The notes: a model not told the origin generated them from the sequence alone. DNA of 64,000 bases from Bugula neritina (GCA_964035545.1 OZ037769.1:5995929-6059928); one strand, 5' to 3'; positions 1 through 13,542 are shown, numbered from the stretch's first letter. Made by a program: numbers and translations.

Positions 1-1514
1 GCAAATATATACAAGGTGGGGGAACAGTAGTTTCTGATAAAACAAGATTAACACAACATTGGATAGCTTCTGTAAACATAAGCTGAGTGCAAATACGATA
101 ACAGCAACCTATTGACAACAGGTTGAGTAGCTCCTAGACAGCCAGTCTTACTTTACATCAAGTTTATATCAGGTTGTGGTCCAAACTAAGGTATAAGCAA
201 GGATGGGTCAGTGAACGTAAGCTGGGTGTATAGAATATTGAGATAACTTTAAGGCTGGTTAAGCTAACAACAATATCAAACTTTTTCTTACTTTGACCAA
301 TTATCACAAACCCATAGGCCTAAACAACATCTGTGCAAATATAAAACAAAGTGTGTAAAATATGGTAAACTTTCAGGCTGCATGTGTGTTCTGTGCTTTA
401 CAGTTTCAATTTCACTGAAAAATTATTCCCCAGCTGGAGATAACCAAAAATTGTTACTATAAATATTCCTTGTTACCAAGACAGAAAAGTTAGTATTTAT
501 ATAAGGGTAAGATTTTTATAGTAAAATAACAGCGCCCAGAGGCGCTACCATATCACGTATCAGATCCTCAACTGTGATAGGAAATTACTGCACAGCTTGA
601 CATCGATATGATCCTTAAGAGATGAGATTAGTCTTTGAGCAAATCACATCTTTCAATTTAATTTCTTGACATATCATAGCAAAAAGACAACTTTGTTCTG
701 CATCACTAAAAGCTGACTCGGGTGTCATGTTTCACTTTGTCTCATGGCAAGTTGTTCAACAATTATACAGCGAAACCCAGTTCTAAATAGTAGGTTTTAA
801 AAAAGAGATACGGCAATTAAAAAAGTCACTTTTCAGCAATATTTGAATGAGAGTACAGACTGATAGCCAAACTAATAACTGGTCTAGTGTGAACTCACTG
901 ACAAACAAAAAGTTCAAATCTAAATACAAGCCTGAAGCACTGTCTAACCAAAGCCAATAGTGTATTAAAACTTACTCAGACAGTTTTAAATATTTTTAAT
1001 TAAATTTTGCTAACAATTTGCATAAATCAAGCATAATAACACCTCTGCCTATTAAATCAATCACTCTTGCAGCAAACCTCTATGTACATTTATCTCTAGA
1101 TGGTAATTTACAAGCAACATACAAAATTATTTGGCACATTTACCAAGTGAAAATATTCATTAATTTGGAGTTAGCTCTGGAAATAGAAATCAAACAAATA
1201 GTTGATAAAGTAGTTCCATAGCCTAAACAACGACTTTCAACACATTTGAAAATACAGGAAAATGTGGCAGCTGAAGGAATAATAATTTTTATCTAAATTA
1301 AAAACACGCTGAAAGCATCGCTAGTAAGTAACGCCCCAGGCAAGCGGCTAAAAGGCTTCTCATCCGATAGAAAAGTCTATTTACTTAATTCATCAGCTGG
1401 CTGAGTAGTAAGTGGCGGAGTTAATGAGGATGTATATATCAACTCTTAAACCCTCAAGACACAGTGGTTTTTTGGCCTTAAACAAATTACTCCCAATTTC
1501 AGGCACATCTGCCT

Positions 1515-4500
1515 CTAAGTGTACTCAGTACAGGATGCTGTAACACTGAAGATCATGTCAACTGAAGGAGAACACTGAAGCTGTATGAAAGAAATAGGGG
1601 CCAATATTGCATGCTTCAGCACCTGCGTCTTAAAAGCACCTATTAGAATTTTTTTAGTTTTAGGAGTTATCTTAACCACATCTCAGCCTATGGTAGGTCT
1701 TCTGTATCTTAAAGTTTGCAGTAAGATATTTTTTACAATGTTTTTCATTAAAACTGTTTGTATAAATCTCTATAAAAATAATATTTTATTTAGTAATTTC
1801 ATAGAAAGGTTTTATAAAATTCCCAACTTTATAACTCTGCTTTTTACAATTAAGATTGTTTTGAAATACAAACATATTACTCACCGTTCTTTCATCTATT
1901 TCTGCATACACATGCTTTTCAGTTGACGGCACTGATGCAGAATATCCGTCGTGTGTTGGGTTTACGTTACGAGAAGACAACTTTGGGCTAGCTGACTTGC
2001 TCGCTCTACTCCTGTAATAAATTACTCAAGGTTATCATAACTTGTAATCCTCAAATAACAAAATGTTTCACGTTTGGAGTCAAAGAAATTTCAGTTAAGT
2101 CAATAGAAACCATCAAAAACCACCACAAACAATGTGTGTTCCATGTGGTTGACTTGGTGTGGTTGATTTACAGCGTGTGAGTAACCTATTCATGTGGCTT
2201 CGACTTCAACATCAATCACTGGATTTGATGTAACTGATTAAAATAAACTCAGTTGGTGAAATGATGAGCATAGTTAAGATTTTGGAGGCTGTTGGATTGA
2301 AATTGTGGTTACATCAAAGAGAAATAATGATGATAAGACCAAAATATGCTGCAGATATTTCTATCAATAAATGAAATCTCATTAAGAAGTAGGTAAGTGG
2401 AATTCAGTTTTCAGTCTTTAGGGTCATTTTGAGGATTTCTAGAGCTAATTACATCCATCCCTCCCACCTTCCTTCAGTAATAAAATAGTATTTTATTTAG
2501 TTGAGTATTATGAATGCGACAGGTTGAAGGTTGAAGTATTTATATAATAGAAAATTATTATGCAACTTTAATTAAATTCCAGATTCAACAACAAGTTTGA
2601 AGTGCAATTCGGCTGGGTGAGAATTGAGAGGAAACACTGATCAAACATAGCTTCACAAATTCCCACTAAACTTACACGAAAATTTAAAGCTGTTACCATT
2701 TTAATGTTTAAGAAATCTTTTCAATTTATAATTGAAAATATAATGATAATTAATTTTATACGCTGCACCCAAAACACTTAAACATCAAGTTGAGAAATAG
2801 TGAATTGATCTCAAGCCAACATTACGTCTGAAATAGTGCTTCGTGGCATTACAATACAAATTATAATGTATGATATATATTAAACGTAACAATTTTCAGT
2901 TTCAAGTGCGCTTTGCTAAGATTATACAGCCTCAAGCAAACTATACAGTTGCGAGTATTTGCTTAGCAGAATTTAAATGTTTATCCAAATTTGATAACTG
3001 AATCCCACAAAGTTTATCAAATGTAAGCATAAATTTTATCAAAAAGCAAATAAGCAATTATTCTACTTACGCTGGTGCAGCTTGCCTTCTCTGCCAGCAG
3101 AAGACACCCATGACTATCACCACTATGACTATGACTGTCGCTGAAACAATCGCTGCGATAATGATTACATCAGAGCTGACAGGGGGTTGAGTATTTGTAT
3201 TAGGATTGCTTCCACTTGGTTGACCCGCATCGGCACCACCTCCATTTACAATCAATATGGCTTCCGTAGTTGTTGTCTGGGATGCCGGGAGAGGCATGAC
3301 TGGCTCTGTGGTGGGAGGTACAGTAGTGGTGGTCTGTTCACACTCGCAAGGGGCATTGCTGGTGTCACATTGCGATGTCACAGGGTTGAAAGTTTCTCCG
3401 TCACCGCAGGGGCAGTGGAGGCATGAGTTACCAGTACATTCGAAATAGTTCTGACAATTCCTCACGTCTATGACATTCTTCACCTCCCCTTGTGGTATTG
3501 GAAACGACACTTCTGTGCCACATGATACTAAAATATGAACACATAATGGGCACATTAGATGGAAGTTAAGATTAGAACTAATAAGTTTGTTAAAATCTAA
3601 ATATATAATATATTATTTCATAGCTTTTTCTGAGTGCAGTTGAATCGGGTTGCAAACAACTCAGAGATTGCTGTATAGGATATCAGAGGGGCCAATCATG
3701 CATTTAATATTCACTTTGTTGTCTGTACAAGTGAAAAGTGCTGCAAGCAATTCTGCTCTTTTGCAATTTCGTCAGCTATGCTATAGAAAGCAGTATTTAG
3801 AATGTACTCTTCAAATTCATGGAATTGTTTCTAACTGAACCAAAGCACTAGTTGCTGGAGCTGGTTTCAAGTCTGATTGCACAAAATAGTTGATGCAAAA
3901 ATTAACGAAGCTTGACAAAAATGATTTATCTTCTCCCAGCAAATATGTTCCTAATCTCCACTCTTTATCCCATCACAGTGGTGTGCTTAATTTGTGTAAT
4001 TCACTCTGATATGAAGTTATTACAGCTGTTTTTCTTGAGAACATATACCTAGGCTTCGGATATTTTATTTTAAATCCCAACATTATATGACGCATTAAAT
4101 AGTCTTATCAATTTCTATTATTTCCTGTACTATTCAAGTTCTATTGTTTTCTTGACACTAACCAACAAGTGTTTGCTTCTTCACACTCTACCGAGAAAGC
4201 AGTACTGTCTCAACAAAGAAAGCTACCACAGAGTTCCTTCAAAAATGCCAACTGATACTACTATTACCTCTTCACCATATATAATCCTCTCTTGTTATTT
4301 CTATCACATACTTACTACTAGAATATGTGTTATGACAATTTCTAGGCTGACTATTCGTTATTTACTTTCCCTTGCATTGAAGATGTTCAATTGAATTAAA
4401 AGTTTTGTTATTTCACTTGATCCTGCCATGATAAAGCAAGGATTTCTAAAGTTTCTGTTACAATTTAACAATGACTAAGTGACTGATTTTATCAAAGTGA

Positions 4501-7500
4501 TAAAGAATAGTGTAAGCATGTTTGACATATGCAAACATTACTGTTTGTAAACCAGTAACTGCCATTAATCACTTATCAACATAAGGAACAAAATATTTGG
4601 GCATTTTCAAATTGATGTTAAACAGGTATAGAATTAGGACAATGATCAATTATGATAAAATCTACATAATCTAGTGCATTTGTATGACTGCTAAGTGAAT
4701 ATTATGCTCTTGCAATGTCTACCCTATATCTATAGTTCAGTAAATAGACACTTGAGAGCTCCATACTTTTCTTTATAACTTATGAAAATATTGATACAGC
4801 AGGGATTTACTGCAACTCACAGCTGTATTATATACATAATATTATGTTTTATGGCTTACTCCCTGCCACAACCACCTGCATTCACTGACTCTCTAATCTC
4901 AAGTGCCTACAGACTTATATTTTATCTTTTAGTGGCCACATTTGTTTATAGGAGTATATTTGACAAACTGATCGTTATTCTTGGAAACAGTTGTTAACAG
5001 CTATAGGTAACTGCAACAGTTGAGTGAGTTAACAAGCACATGCTGGTTTGGGTTGGTAAATGTTAGATGAACTATAATTAGCAAATTAAAATGATTACCT
5101 ATAGAAGTAAGGACAAGTCAATGCCATCTGTGAAAATAACAAGTCGTACATTTGATTATATTGCAGGTACAGCTTTTATTATCTATGCAGTTGATGTATA
5201 TACAGATTATTCTAATTTAACCAATTTATGGTGGCCTTGTTTAGTTTTGAGGTTTTCTTCTGGGATTAGAGTATTATATATTCACTAGTACAACACATGA
5301 CTGCTTGCTTTTAATTTGTTTATAACATCATTTACTAATTAATCTAATAATTACCACACAGTGTTTGTTACTTGTAACTAGAGCTTCTATGTATTGTAAT
5401 TAACAGTTTAATGAAAGGTATTATATTTATGCACAGTTGCTGCTCCAATTCTACACCTTATGCGCTGCTTTCAAGCAGGTTTGTGTGAATTCTCATCACA
5501 TCTAATCTTCAACAGTAACATAGCCTCTACATTGTGTTACAACAGGCTTATTGTTTCCTGCCACTTCTTAGGTAAATATCATTTTAAAAGTTATTTATCC
5601 ATTGATTAATGCAGTTTTTATATATATTATCTCCGGAATGAAGCCCTTATTTCTCCTAAACTGTTGAGTGGTTTTGTTGTTTTTCTTAGCCGCTCACTTA
5701 AAGAAATTAGCAGAGGTATTAATGGATTCTTTTGAATTGCTAGCATCAAATTACTTGTCTCAATGGTTAAGGTAATAATTTTAGTAGTGGCAGATCAAAC
5801 AGCTAATACTTTTCAACTGCAAGTGGCTTCTTTAAAATGTACATTAGCAGACCACATAGAATTTTTAGTCATCCAACTAATTTCAACTACTCACTGGTCC
5901 ATTAATGCCAAAAATTGCAAAAAAAAGTAGTTTTACTTGTCTATGGGTCTAGGCTGATGCTAAAAGGTGTTAATCTTTACAACTTGTCTAGATGAAGCTG
6001 ATCTACTCAACTCAACAAAGGGCTCTAATCCACTTAGCCATTTAATCCAGTGTGCAAACAATTTAAACTCATATTTCTTAGTAGGTAAGAACCCGATGGC
6101 AGTTCTAAAAATTGCCTTACAAGAGGAGGTAACTGCCAATCTTATAAAATTATTGTTTCTCAATTTTTTAAAGCTACTTAAAAATGTGAAACTTACTTTC
6201 AAGTTTTAATTAAATAAGCTGGAATATAAATTTCAGATCGACTTTCAATTTCCAATTCAAACTATTTTCTATACAAGATTAAATCATTCCATACTTTGTG
6301 TGCTACTATATACTTGGGTGTTATATTATAACAGCATGCAGCAATAGCAGTAATGTTTTAAACATTTAATTCGATATTGTACGTGATAAATTATTTTGGT
6401 TAGCAAATTACAATAATTATCGATTTACTTCACAATACTGAAATATTTTATAACATTTCAAACACGTCTAATTATCCTTAGCCAGGGATGGTAAGTTTAT
6501 TGAATCTGGCAGCTAATTTCCTTTAGGAATCAGCATGTAATCCCTGTACAAACATATGCTGCAGATAAGAAATAAAGCTTTCAGAAAATTAGCAATCACT
6601 GGACAAGGAATTCATGGCAGACTTATCATTGAGACAACTAATTAAATGTGCCAGCATACGAGATAATTGAATAAACTGTCTAACTACACGCTAGCGCAGA
6701 AAGTGTTAGCAAATCTACAAAGATAAAAGGCTGGCAGAGTGTTAAAAGAGCCATCGCAAAGTTGAGCAAGCTGTAATATTTTTCATTTCAATTAGGATGC
6801 TATTGAAGTGGCAATGGAGATGCAATTAATTTGTGGAGAGAAGATTTACCAGACTGTGATATTGATTACCAGTTGGTAAAGCATATGCTTGTCAACCAAG
6901 GCTTATGTTGAATTGAATTATTCTCAATGTCAATATTGTTATTTTTCCTTTGATATCCACTAACCAAAGTGTTTTTGTACTAATTTTATCTGACACAGTG
7001 AAATGGAGTTCAAATGCTCATGGAATAACCAGTGACATCAGCTATCCAATTGTGTAGAGGCAGTTATATCACTCTCACTGCAGGAACTCATGACTATTAT
7101 GAATTCAGTCATAATTTTCCCTTTCAGATGCACTTGAAGTCAAACATATTTCAAATCAACGACCAGAATCAAGCTAAGGCTGATGTATTTTATGCCAAAA
7201 TAACAAATGTTAAAACTAAAACATCTTTCAGAGTAGAGGTTAGAAATGATCATAGATTAACTGTTATATTCCAACTTTCAATCAACACATTTCAACTGAA
7301 TATGGTTAGAAAATAATAACAAATCTTTTTGACTTGAAAATTTTTGTATAAATAAGCTCAAGAGTCAAAAAACTAGTTTGAGTGTTGAAAGCAAAAGGCA
7401 ATCTCTAACTTTTAACGAGGAAAAGTCAAGGAGCTTATTTTGATTTTGTTTATTAAACCATGCCAAAAGTCAGGTATTGTAGGTAGTAAGTTTAGGTCTG

Positions 7501-8732
7501 TATTGATAAATGAAGGTTAGGTGAGTACCTAAAAACAGCACTCTCTGTAGAGTGTAGAGCATTGTTATTCTAAGTATGTTGATAAGAAATGTCAAAATAC
7601 CAAAGAAATATTTATGATAATTGATGCCAAGAGCTGATGACAAGTTCTAATTTGGCTGCAATCACCAGGGCAGACTCAGACCTAAATAGTACTAACACTG
7701 TGTTTAGTGAATACTTGCGTTTTCAGAAATCATGTTCTAACATGTTTAGTACTTGTACCATATTATTATGCTGGCAGGTGGTTCGAGTAGTTAGTATAAG
7801 TATAAATATTAGTATACCGTTTAAAATGGTTTTCCATGATATTTGTGTTACTTATCTAGATTATCATTATATGCAGTTATAAACCACCAGAATTATTGTG
7901 AATTACTAGTTCTGTGTGTTAGAAGGCCTAACATAAATATTGTGGTGCTGAGCAAGGCTATAATTCTGCAACTTGTGTCTCATTGTTTAAGTGTTAGGGT
8001 TTGAGAACATGTCAAGTGTGGCCTGTATTATTATGATTCTGGTAACAGGTTGAAGGTGTACACCACAAATAAGCATAAACTGCATTTTAAGTCAAATAAA
8101 GAATCTAGTTTTAGTAGCTGCCATGTTACTTTTAAAAATAATTTCTGTACTTGCATCAAAGTTTGATGTGTAAATTGAATTTGGAGTTCCAAATTCCCTA
8201 AACTTACTTAAGACTGTAAGTGTAACTGTAAGTACAGTACGTGTAGTTTCTTTAGTATGACCATGATGTCAACTCTGACATAATTAAAATAATGAGAGTT
8301 TTCGATGTGATAGTATTACTTAATTAGAGAAGTTGCAGCATAATATAAATACTAAGTCTAATATTAATAATTAATATATAAGCTTAGCACTACCTGAATA
8401 TAATTATGCTAATAGTAATAGTAATAGATTTGTGGACCATCACTTCTAAATTACATAATCATAATGATAATAATTAGTATATACTATATCTAATGATAAT
8501 ATGAAAATTCAACATTAAACTTGATATAAGTGAAACTAGTACAGTACAGGAATTGTGAGGTTGAGTGTAAGTTGTCTCATAACTACGTACCATCTGAACC
8601 TTGAATCGGTATAAAGACTTCTGGTCCTTTAGCTTTATGTTCAAGTCTACATCCAGGTAGCTTTGGAGCAGCCTGACTAGAAACGAATAAGTTAACAGAT
8701 ACTAGTGTCATAAGCAAAGCTAGACGACACAT
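1515..8732 (-). CDS. Type I membrane protein: signal peptide, one chitin-binding type-2 (peritrophin-A/CBM14-like) domain, Thr/Pro-rich stalk, TM helix, cytoplasmic tail (~263 aa, 4 coding exons)
   Basis: Exons: 8732-8591 (MCRLALLMTLVSVNLFVSSQA signal peptide; donor G|GTACGT, phase 1); 3527-3071 (acceptor ttttag; C-x21-C-x5-C-x9-C-x12-C-x6-C with the CQNYFEC and C.G..FNP..QCD pattern, TTTTVPPTT stalk, TM VIIIAAIVSATVIVIVVIVMGVFCW followed by QRR; donor GC|GTAAGT, phase 2); 2011-1885 (acceptor ttacag; ...KHVYAEIDERT; donor GTGAGT, phase 0); tentative last exon 1580-1515 (LQCSPSVDMIFSVTASCTEYT*). Phases are consistent. The last exon is the least certain. An in-frame upstream ATG exists at 8801. 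Confidence 0.8.
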
Positions 8733-9408
8733 CTTTACAGGTGCACTGCTACTAGTCCATGTGACTGGTGATATTCTACAGCAGCTGCTAGACGTCCACA
8801 TCGTGATGTCACACTTGCGCCGTTAATTATTCACCTATCACCTCTTTGCGCTTAAATATCAATAAACAAAACAACACAAACAATTTTTGGTCAGCTGGTA
8901 GCAGACCCGTTCAACTCAACGGTACTATTACGTTTTAATTAATAGTATAAAAACGGCTTTCTCCTGGCCTAGCACGATATCTTTGTATACGGATTGAATC
9001 CGTTACGTGATTGGCTGAAACGCTTGCATGCTCCGCCTCTTATTTTGATTATTAGCCCACGTGCTGCTAAGCATATTTGATATGTATGGCCTATAGTTGA
9101 AGCCTAGGGCCACACGGTGCGTATTTTCGCATGCGAAAATTGAAACCACAAGTAGCAAAGGCGTCCACTGTAGCGTCAGTGATGCGTGATAAATAAAGCT
9201 TTCATTTTTAAATCGCACTCGCTTTCAATAAAACGCAATTTACTGGAATTTAGCACTAAAATAAAGAAATTGGGCTCGCTTAATAACTACCAGCCAATTA
9301 GGTGACGACGACAGAGACGATTCGCACTTGCGTTGAAAATGCAGAGCGACAAGTGCGAACGTTTTCTCAACGCGCACAGTGGACACCTTTGCTACTTGTG
9401 ATTTCAAT

Positions 9409-12400
9409 AGACCATGTAAAACTCAGCCAATCAGCGAAGTGTACCAGGTCAATGTCTTACCATTGTAACTGATATAAAATTCTGCAAGTTCAATTGCAAA
9501 ATGCATGCTTCTAAAAGCTAGTTGTGCAACTTTTTTTTCATGCATTATTTAATTTCATATCTTAAATTGATGACTCTTGAAATGATTTTTTAAAATGTCT
9601 GAATTAAGTGTTTATAAAACGCAATTAAAAATTGCATGTCTAGAAAAATGACCTGGTACACTTTTGCAACTTAAGGCCAATTATTACATAACTGCCAGCT
9701 TAGTAGTTATTTGTTGTTGCAGCTTGAATGGGTTATTGTTTAGCATTGGAAGCTTGCAGTAAACATCTGTGAATTTGGTACATGACTTTGATTGGCTGGT
9801 TTTTGAATGGCCCTTTAATATATGCATCTGAATGGCTGGGTAGTGTAGACCCGCCTACATCCAGCTAATGTACAGTAGCCAATCCACAGTAGTATTACAA
9901 AATTTCTGCTTAACAAATGAAATATTTTGGTCATTTGTTATGTACTTTACAATAGTAAATATTCTATTCAACTAGAATTTTATTGTATGTAAGCCATGGG
10001 AACTACTAAGAGGTTAAATCAACCACCCATGCTAGTAATATTGTAGCCCACAGTAATAACAAGTCCACACCATATAAATATACACATAAGCTATTATGTG
10101 CAGCTTATGAATGCTAAAATGACCCAATTTCTTACTTTCAATTTGAAAAAAATTGTATTACATATTCTGCCACTTCTGCACCAGGAACTTGTTTTCCTTT
10201 TAAATTTTGAAAATAGTAGTCAGTTTCTATAGCAGTCAACATCCACAATAAACAATGTAAGCTTTCAAATAAACTATAAATATATGAAATATTAGTGTGG
10301 AAACAATGCAATTTATTCATTGCTATGATGAAAAATTACAAGAATATTATATAAAAGCTAGATATAGATTTCTAGTAAAATGGCACAGGTAAAAATAACA
10401 CATTTTTACTTCAAATTCTAAATTTCATCAGTCACCAATGGTGGCTGTAGATTACAGAGAGCACAGCAAACTATCATAATCTTGTCTAATAGAGGTGCCA
10501 ACACCAAGTTCACACCTCCAGGACTATTTAAAATATTGAACTCCTTTATCCTTTTGATTGCTCTTTGATTGCTCTGACATGGATTCGAAGGTTAGAAATC
10601 AACTTTGTTTGCAGTAACTGCATTTGCAAATAGCCTCTTTTCCCAGGTGATATAGCCAACTTGGCTCCAGCGCCTATAAGTTCTTCTTCAATAAGAAAGC
10701 CTCTATCTGCCATGACCACATCATCTGGGTTTATAAAGTCTAAGAACCCAGAGTCATTCACTACACACTTGTCTGAGGCTCTACCTCCCATTCCATGCGA
10801 AATAGAGCAGATAGTGCCCCTGGGTGTAATTGCAACCAAATACTTGATGGTGTTGATATTTTTATACTTACTCCATGTTAAATATTGAGCCAGCTTTGAT
10901 TGAGGCTTGCAAATGAATATTTCTGTGTAGTCTATAATGCACCTAATGTTAGAATATTGGCTTTGAAAGCTCAGAGGGATGTTCTTGTTGGAAAAACTAT
11001 TAGATTGTTCAGTTCTCTTGCTAAAATATCTAATGTGTTTTTGAAGGTTTTGCTTGCTAGCAATCTAGAGATATAAAAAAGGCCAGCAAGTATTTGAAAC
11101 TGTAAACCTTGACGCAGCTTCATCAAAGCCAATAAAAGTTTATCTTGTCTTGTTAACTTTTTTCTGAGAGTGAGAACTTTCATCTTCAGACATATAAATC
11201 TAAATATAGTAAATAAAGAATGAAAATTAAATTATGATTCAAATTATAATGTATGTGCTAAATAAATTTTGTGCTTAGTTTGTATTCATTCAGCAGTTTT
11301 TACCCTCTGGGAAGTAGCTTCAGTTATATTTGCAACAACTATGAAGTTCAAGAACTGCTAGCTGAAGGCTTGACCCAATATATCACCATCCAAACAAAAT
11401 GTAATGTGTGTCAACATGTGTTACGTAATGCTGTAACAGTACATAATAAGCTAGTTGTATGAATACATGCTTTAAATGAAGTCATGAGTTTAAACAAATA
11501 GTGTTGAAAAACAATTATTACTTCATTTTATAATTATACTATAACTAATTCAAACCCATATTATTTCTAGAATAGCATTTAATAATGTTTGTGAATAAGT
11601 GAAACTAGTAACAAGTGTAAACCATTTTAGTTTTAAACACTGAGTTAGTTTCAGCTAAAAATTAGATCAGGAGGCCACTTTTGATAGGCTTTAAAATAAC
11701 CAAGGAAAATTTAAGTCAAAACAATTTACTTTTCCTGGAGAAAGTGAGTCAATTTGTCCACAAATAAAAGACTGCTGCTTGTTTAAATAAAACCCTAAAC
11801 TAAATAAGTCGAAGCATACAGATGACCACTGTGGTATTTATGAATATCTTACATAAAACAACATATTTAATAAAAAATGTATGAATGATGCACTCACACA
11901 GCAACAAATTTAATTAAAATGACAGTTTTACTACACATCAAATTTAATCAATGTAAAAATTTTAGCATAGTGAGACTTGCATTGTTTATTTGTAATAAAC
12001 CATAGTCTATCTTTGCAATAAGAAAATCATAATTTTCACCTTGCTAAAAAATAGTATAGAGAACGTTTAGGTATTCCAGTATAGAATTTAGTTTGCTCAT
12101 CTGTAGTGGTGAAAGTTTTAAAAACTTACTTTTTCAATAGTTGCTTTTTGTTTAAACGTGGAACTTTTTGAGCCTTTTCTTCCAACTTTTGATTTTCGTC
12201 TATCAATAGAATGTGCAGATCTTTTTTTCTGAGTAGTTGATGATTCTGGTAACTCAGTTACTTCTGATGAAGTCTGACTATGAGGATGGCTGTCAGATGA
12301 GTTCTGTTGCTCTATATCAGCTGACTCTGTTGAAGATGTTTTCTGTTCGCTTCCTTCACATGTTTCATTAAAACCACTGTTTTTTGTGCGTCTTACATTA

Positions 12401-13542
12401 TATGCTTTAGTGCGTTAGTAACCCAAATGAAAGATTGGAGTTTGATTTTGCTCAGTGGGCTGACCATCCTTATGATTATGATAGTCTGCTATGCTCTCTG
12501 TAATCTACAGCCACCATTGGTGACTGATGAAATTTAGAATTTGAAGTAAAAATGTGTTATTTTTACCTGTGCCATTTTATAGAAATCTATATCTAGCTTT
12601 TATATAATCTTGTAATTTTTCATCATAGCAATGAATAAATTACATTGTTTCCACACTAATATTTCATATATTTATAGTTTATTTGAAAGCTTACGTTGTT
12701 TATTGTGGATGTTGACTGCTATAGAAACTGACTACTATTTTCAAAATTTAAAAGGAAAACAAGTTCCTGGTACAGAAGTGACAGAATATGTAATACAATT
12801 TTTTTCAAATTGAAAGTAAGAAATTGGGTCATTTTAGCATTCATAAGCTGCACATAATAGCTTATGTGTATATTTATATGGTGTGGACTTGCTATTACTG
12901 CGAGCAACAATATTACTAGCATGGGTGGTTGATTTAACCTCTTAGTAGTTCCCATGGCTTACATACAATAAAATTCTAGTTGAATAGAATATTTACTATT
13001 GTAAAGTACAAAACAAATGACCAAAATATTTCATTTGTTAAACAGAAATTTTGTAATACTACTGTGGATTGGCTACTGTACATTAGCTGGATGTAGGCGG
13101 GTCTACACTACCCAGCCATTCAGATGCATATACTAAAGGGCCATTCAAAAACCAGCCAATCAAAGTCATGTACCAAATTCACAGATGTTTACTGCAAGCT
13201 TCCAATGCTAAACAATAACCCATTCAAGCTGCAACAACAAATAACTACTAAGCTGGCAGTTATGTAATAATTGGCCTTAAGTTGCAAAAGTGTACCAGGT
13301 CATTTTTCTAGACATGCAATTTTTAATTGCGTTTTATAAACACTTAATTCAGATATTTTAAAAAATCATTTCAAGAGTCATCAATTTAAGATATGAAATT
13401 AAATTATGCATGAAAAAAAAGTTGCACAACTAGCTTTTAGAAGCATGCATTTTGCAATTGAACTTGCAGAATTTTATATCAGTTACAATGGTAAGACATT
13501 GACCTGGTACACTTCGCTGATTGGCTGAGTTTTACATGGTCT
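9409..13542 (-). mobile_element. ISL2EU-type (PIF/Harbinger/IS5 group) DNA transposon derivative with ~1.07-kb inverted arms and AT target-site duplication
   Basis: Ends are agaccatgtaaaactcagccaatcagcg ... cgctgattggctgagttttacatggtct. Arms 9409-10481 and 12474-13542 are near-identical inverted copies (ORFs 10138-10320 and 12631-12813 mirror each other). AT lies at 9407-9408 and 13543-13544. A decayed DDE transposase lies inside. Confidence 0.9.
10418..12470 (-). pseudogene. Decayed, 5'-truncated ISL2EU/Harbinger-type DDE transposase (THAP remnant, HTH, DDE_Tnp_4-like core)
   Basis: Motifs in order: DGQPTEQNQTPIFHLGY* (resembles a THAP C-terminus), DEQTKFYTGIP, a phase-2 intron at 12039-11200, QDKLLLALMKLRQGLQFQILAGLFYIS (HTH), RCIIDYTEIFI..TWSKYKNINTIKYLVAITPRG, GGRASDK, VMADRGF, RIHV(-)RAI, CALCNLQPPL, TAG at 10418-10420. 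Contains in-frame stops, frameshifts near 10980 and 12225, an 11-bp duplication near 10555-10575, and lacks the E expected in HVERAI. Confidence 0.9.

Noticed and set aside
3187-3448. Plus-strand ORFs 3187-3426 and 3257-3448
   Set aside because: They are antisense shadows of the real minus-strand chitin-binding exon.
10138-12813. Two near-identical 60-aa ORFs (MNKLHCFHTN...) as duplicated genes
   Set aside because: They are mirror images within the inverted arms of the transposon and show no coding features.
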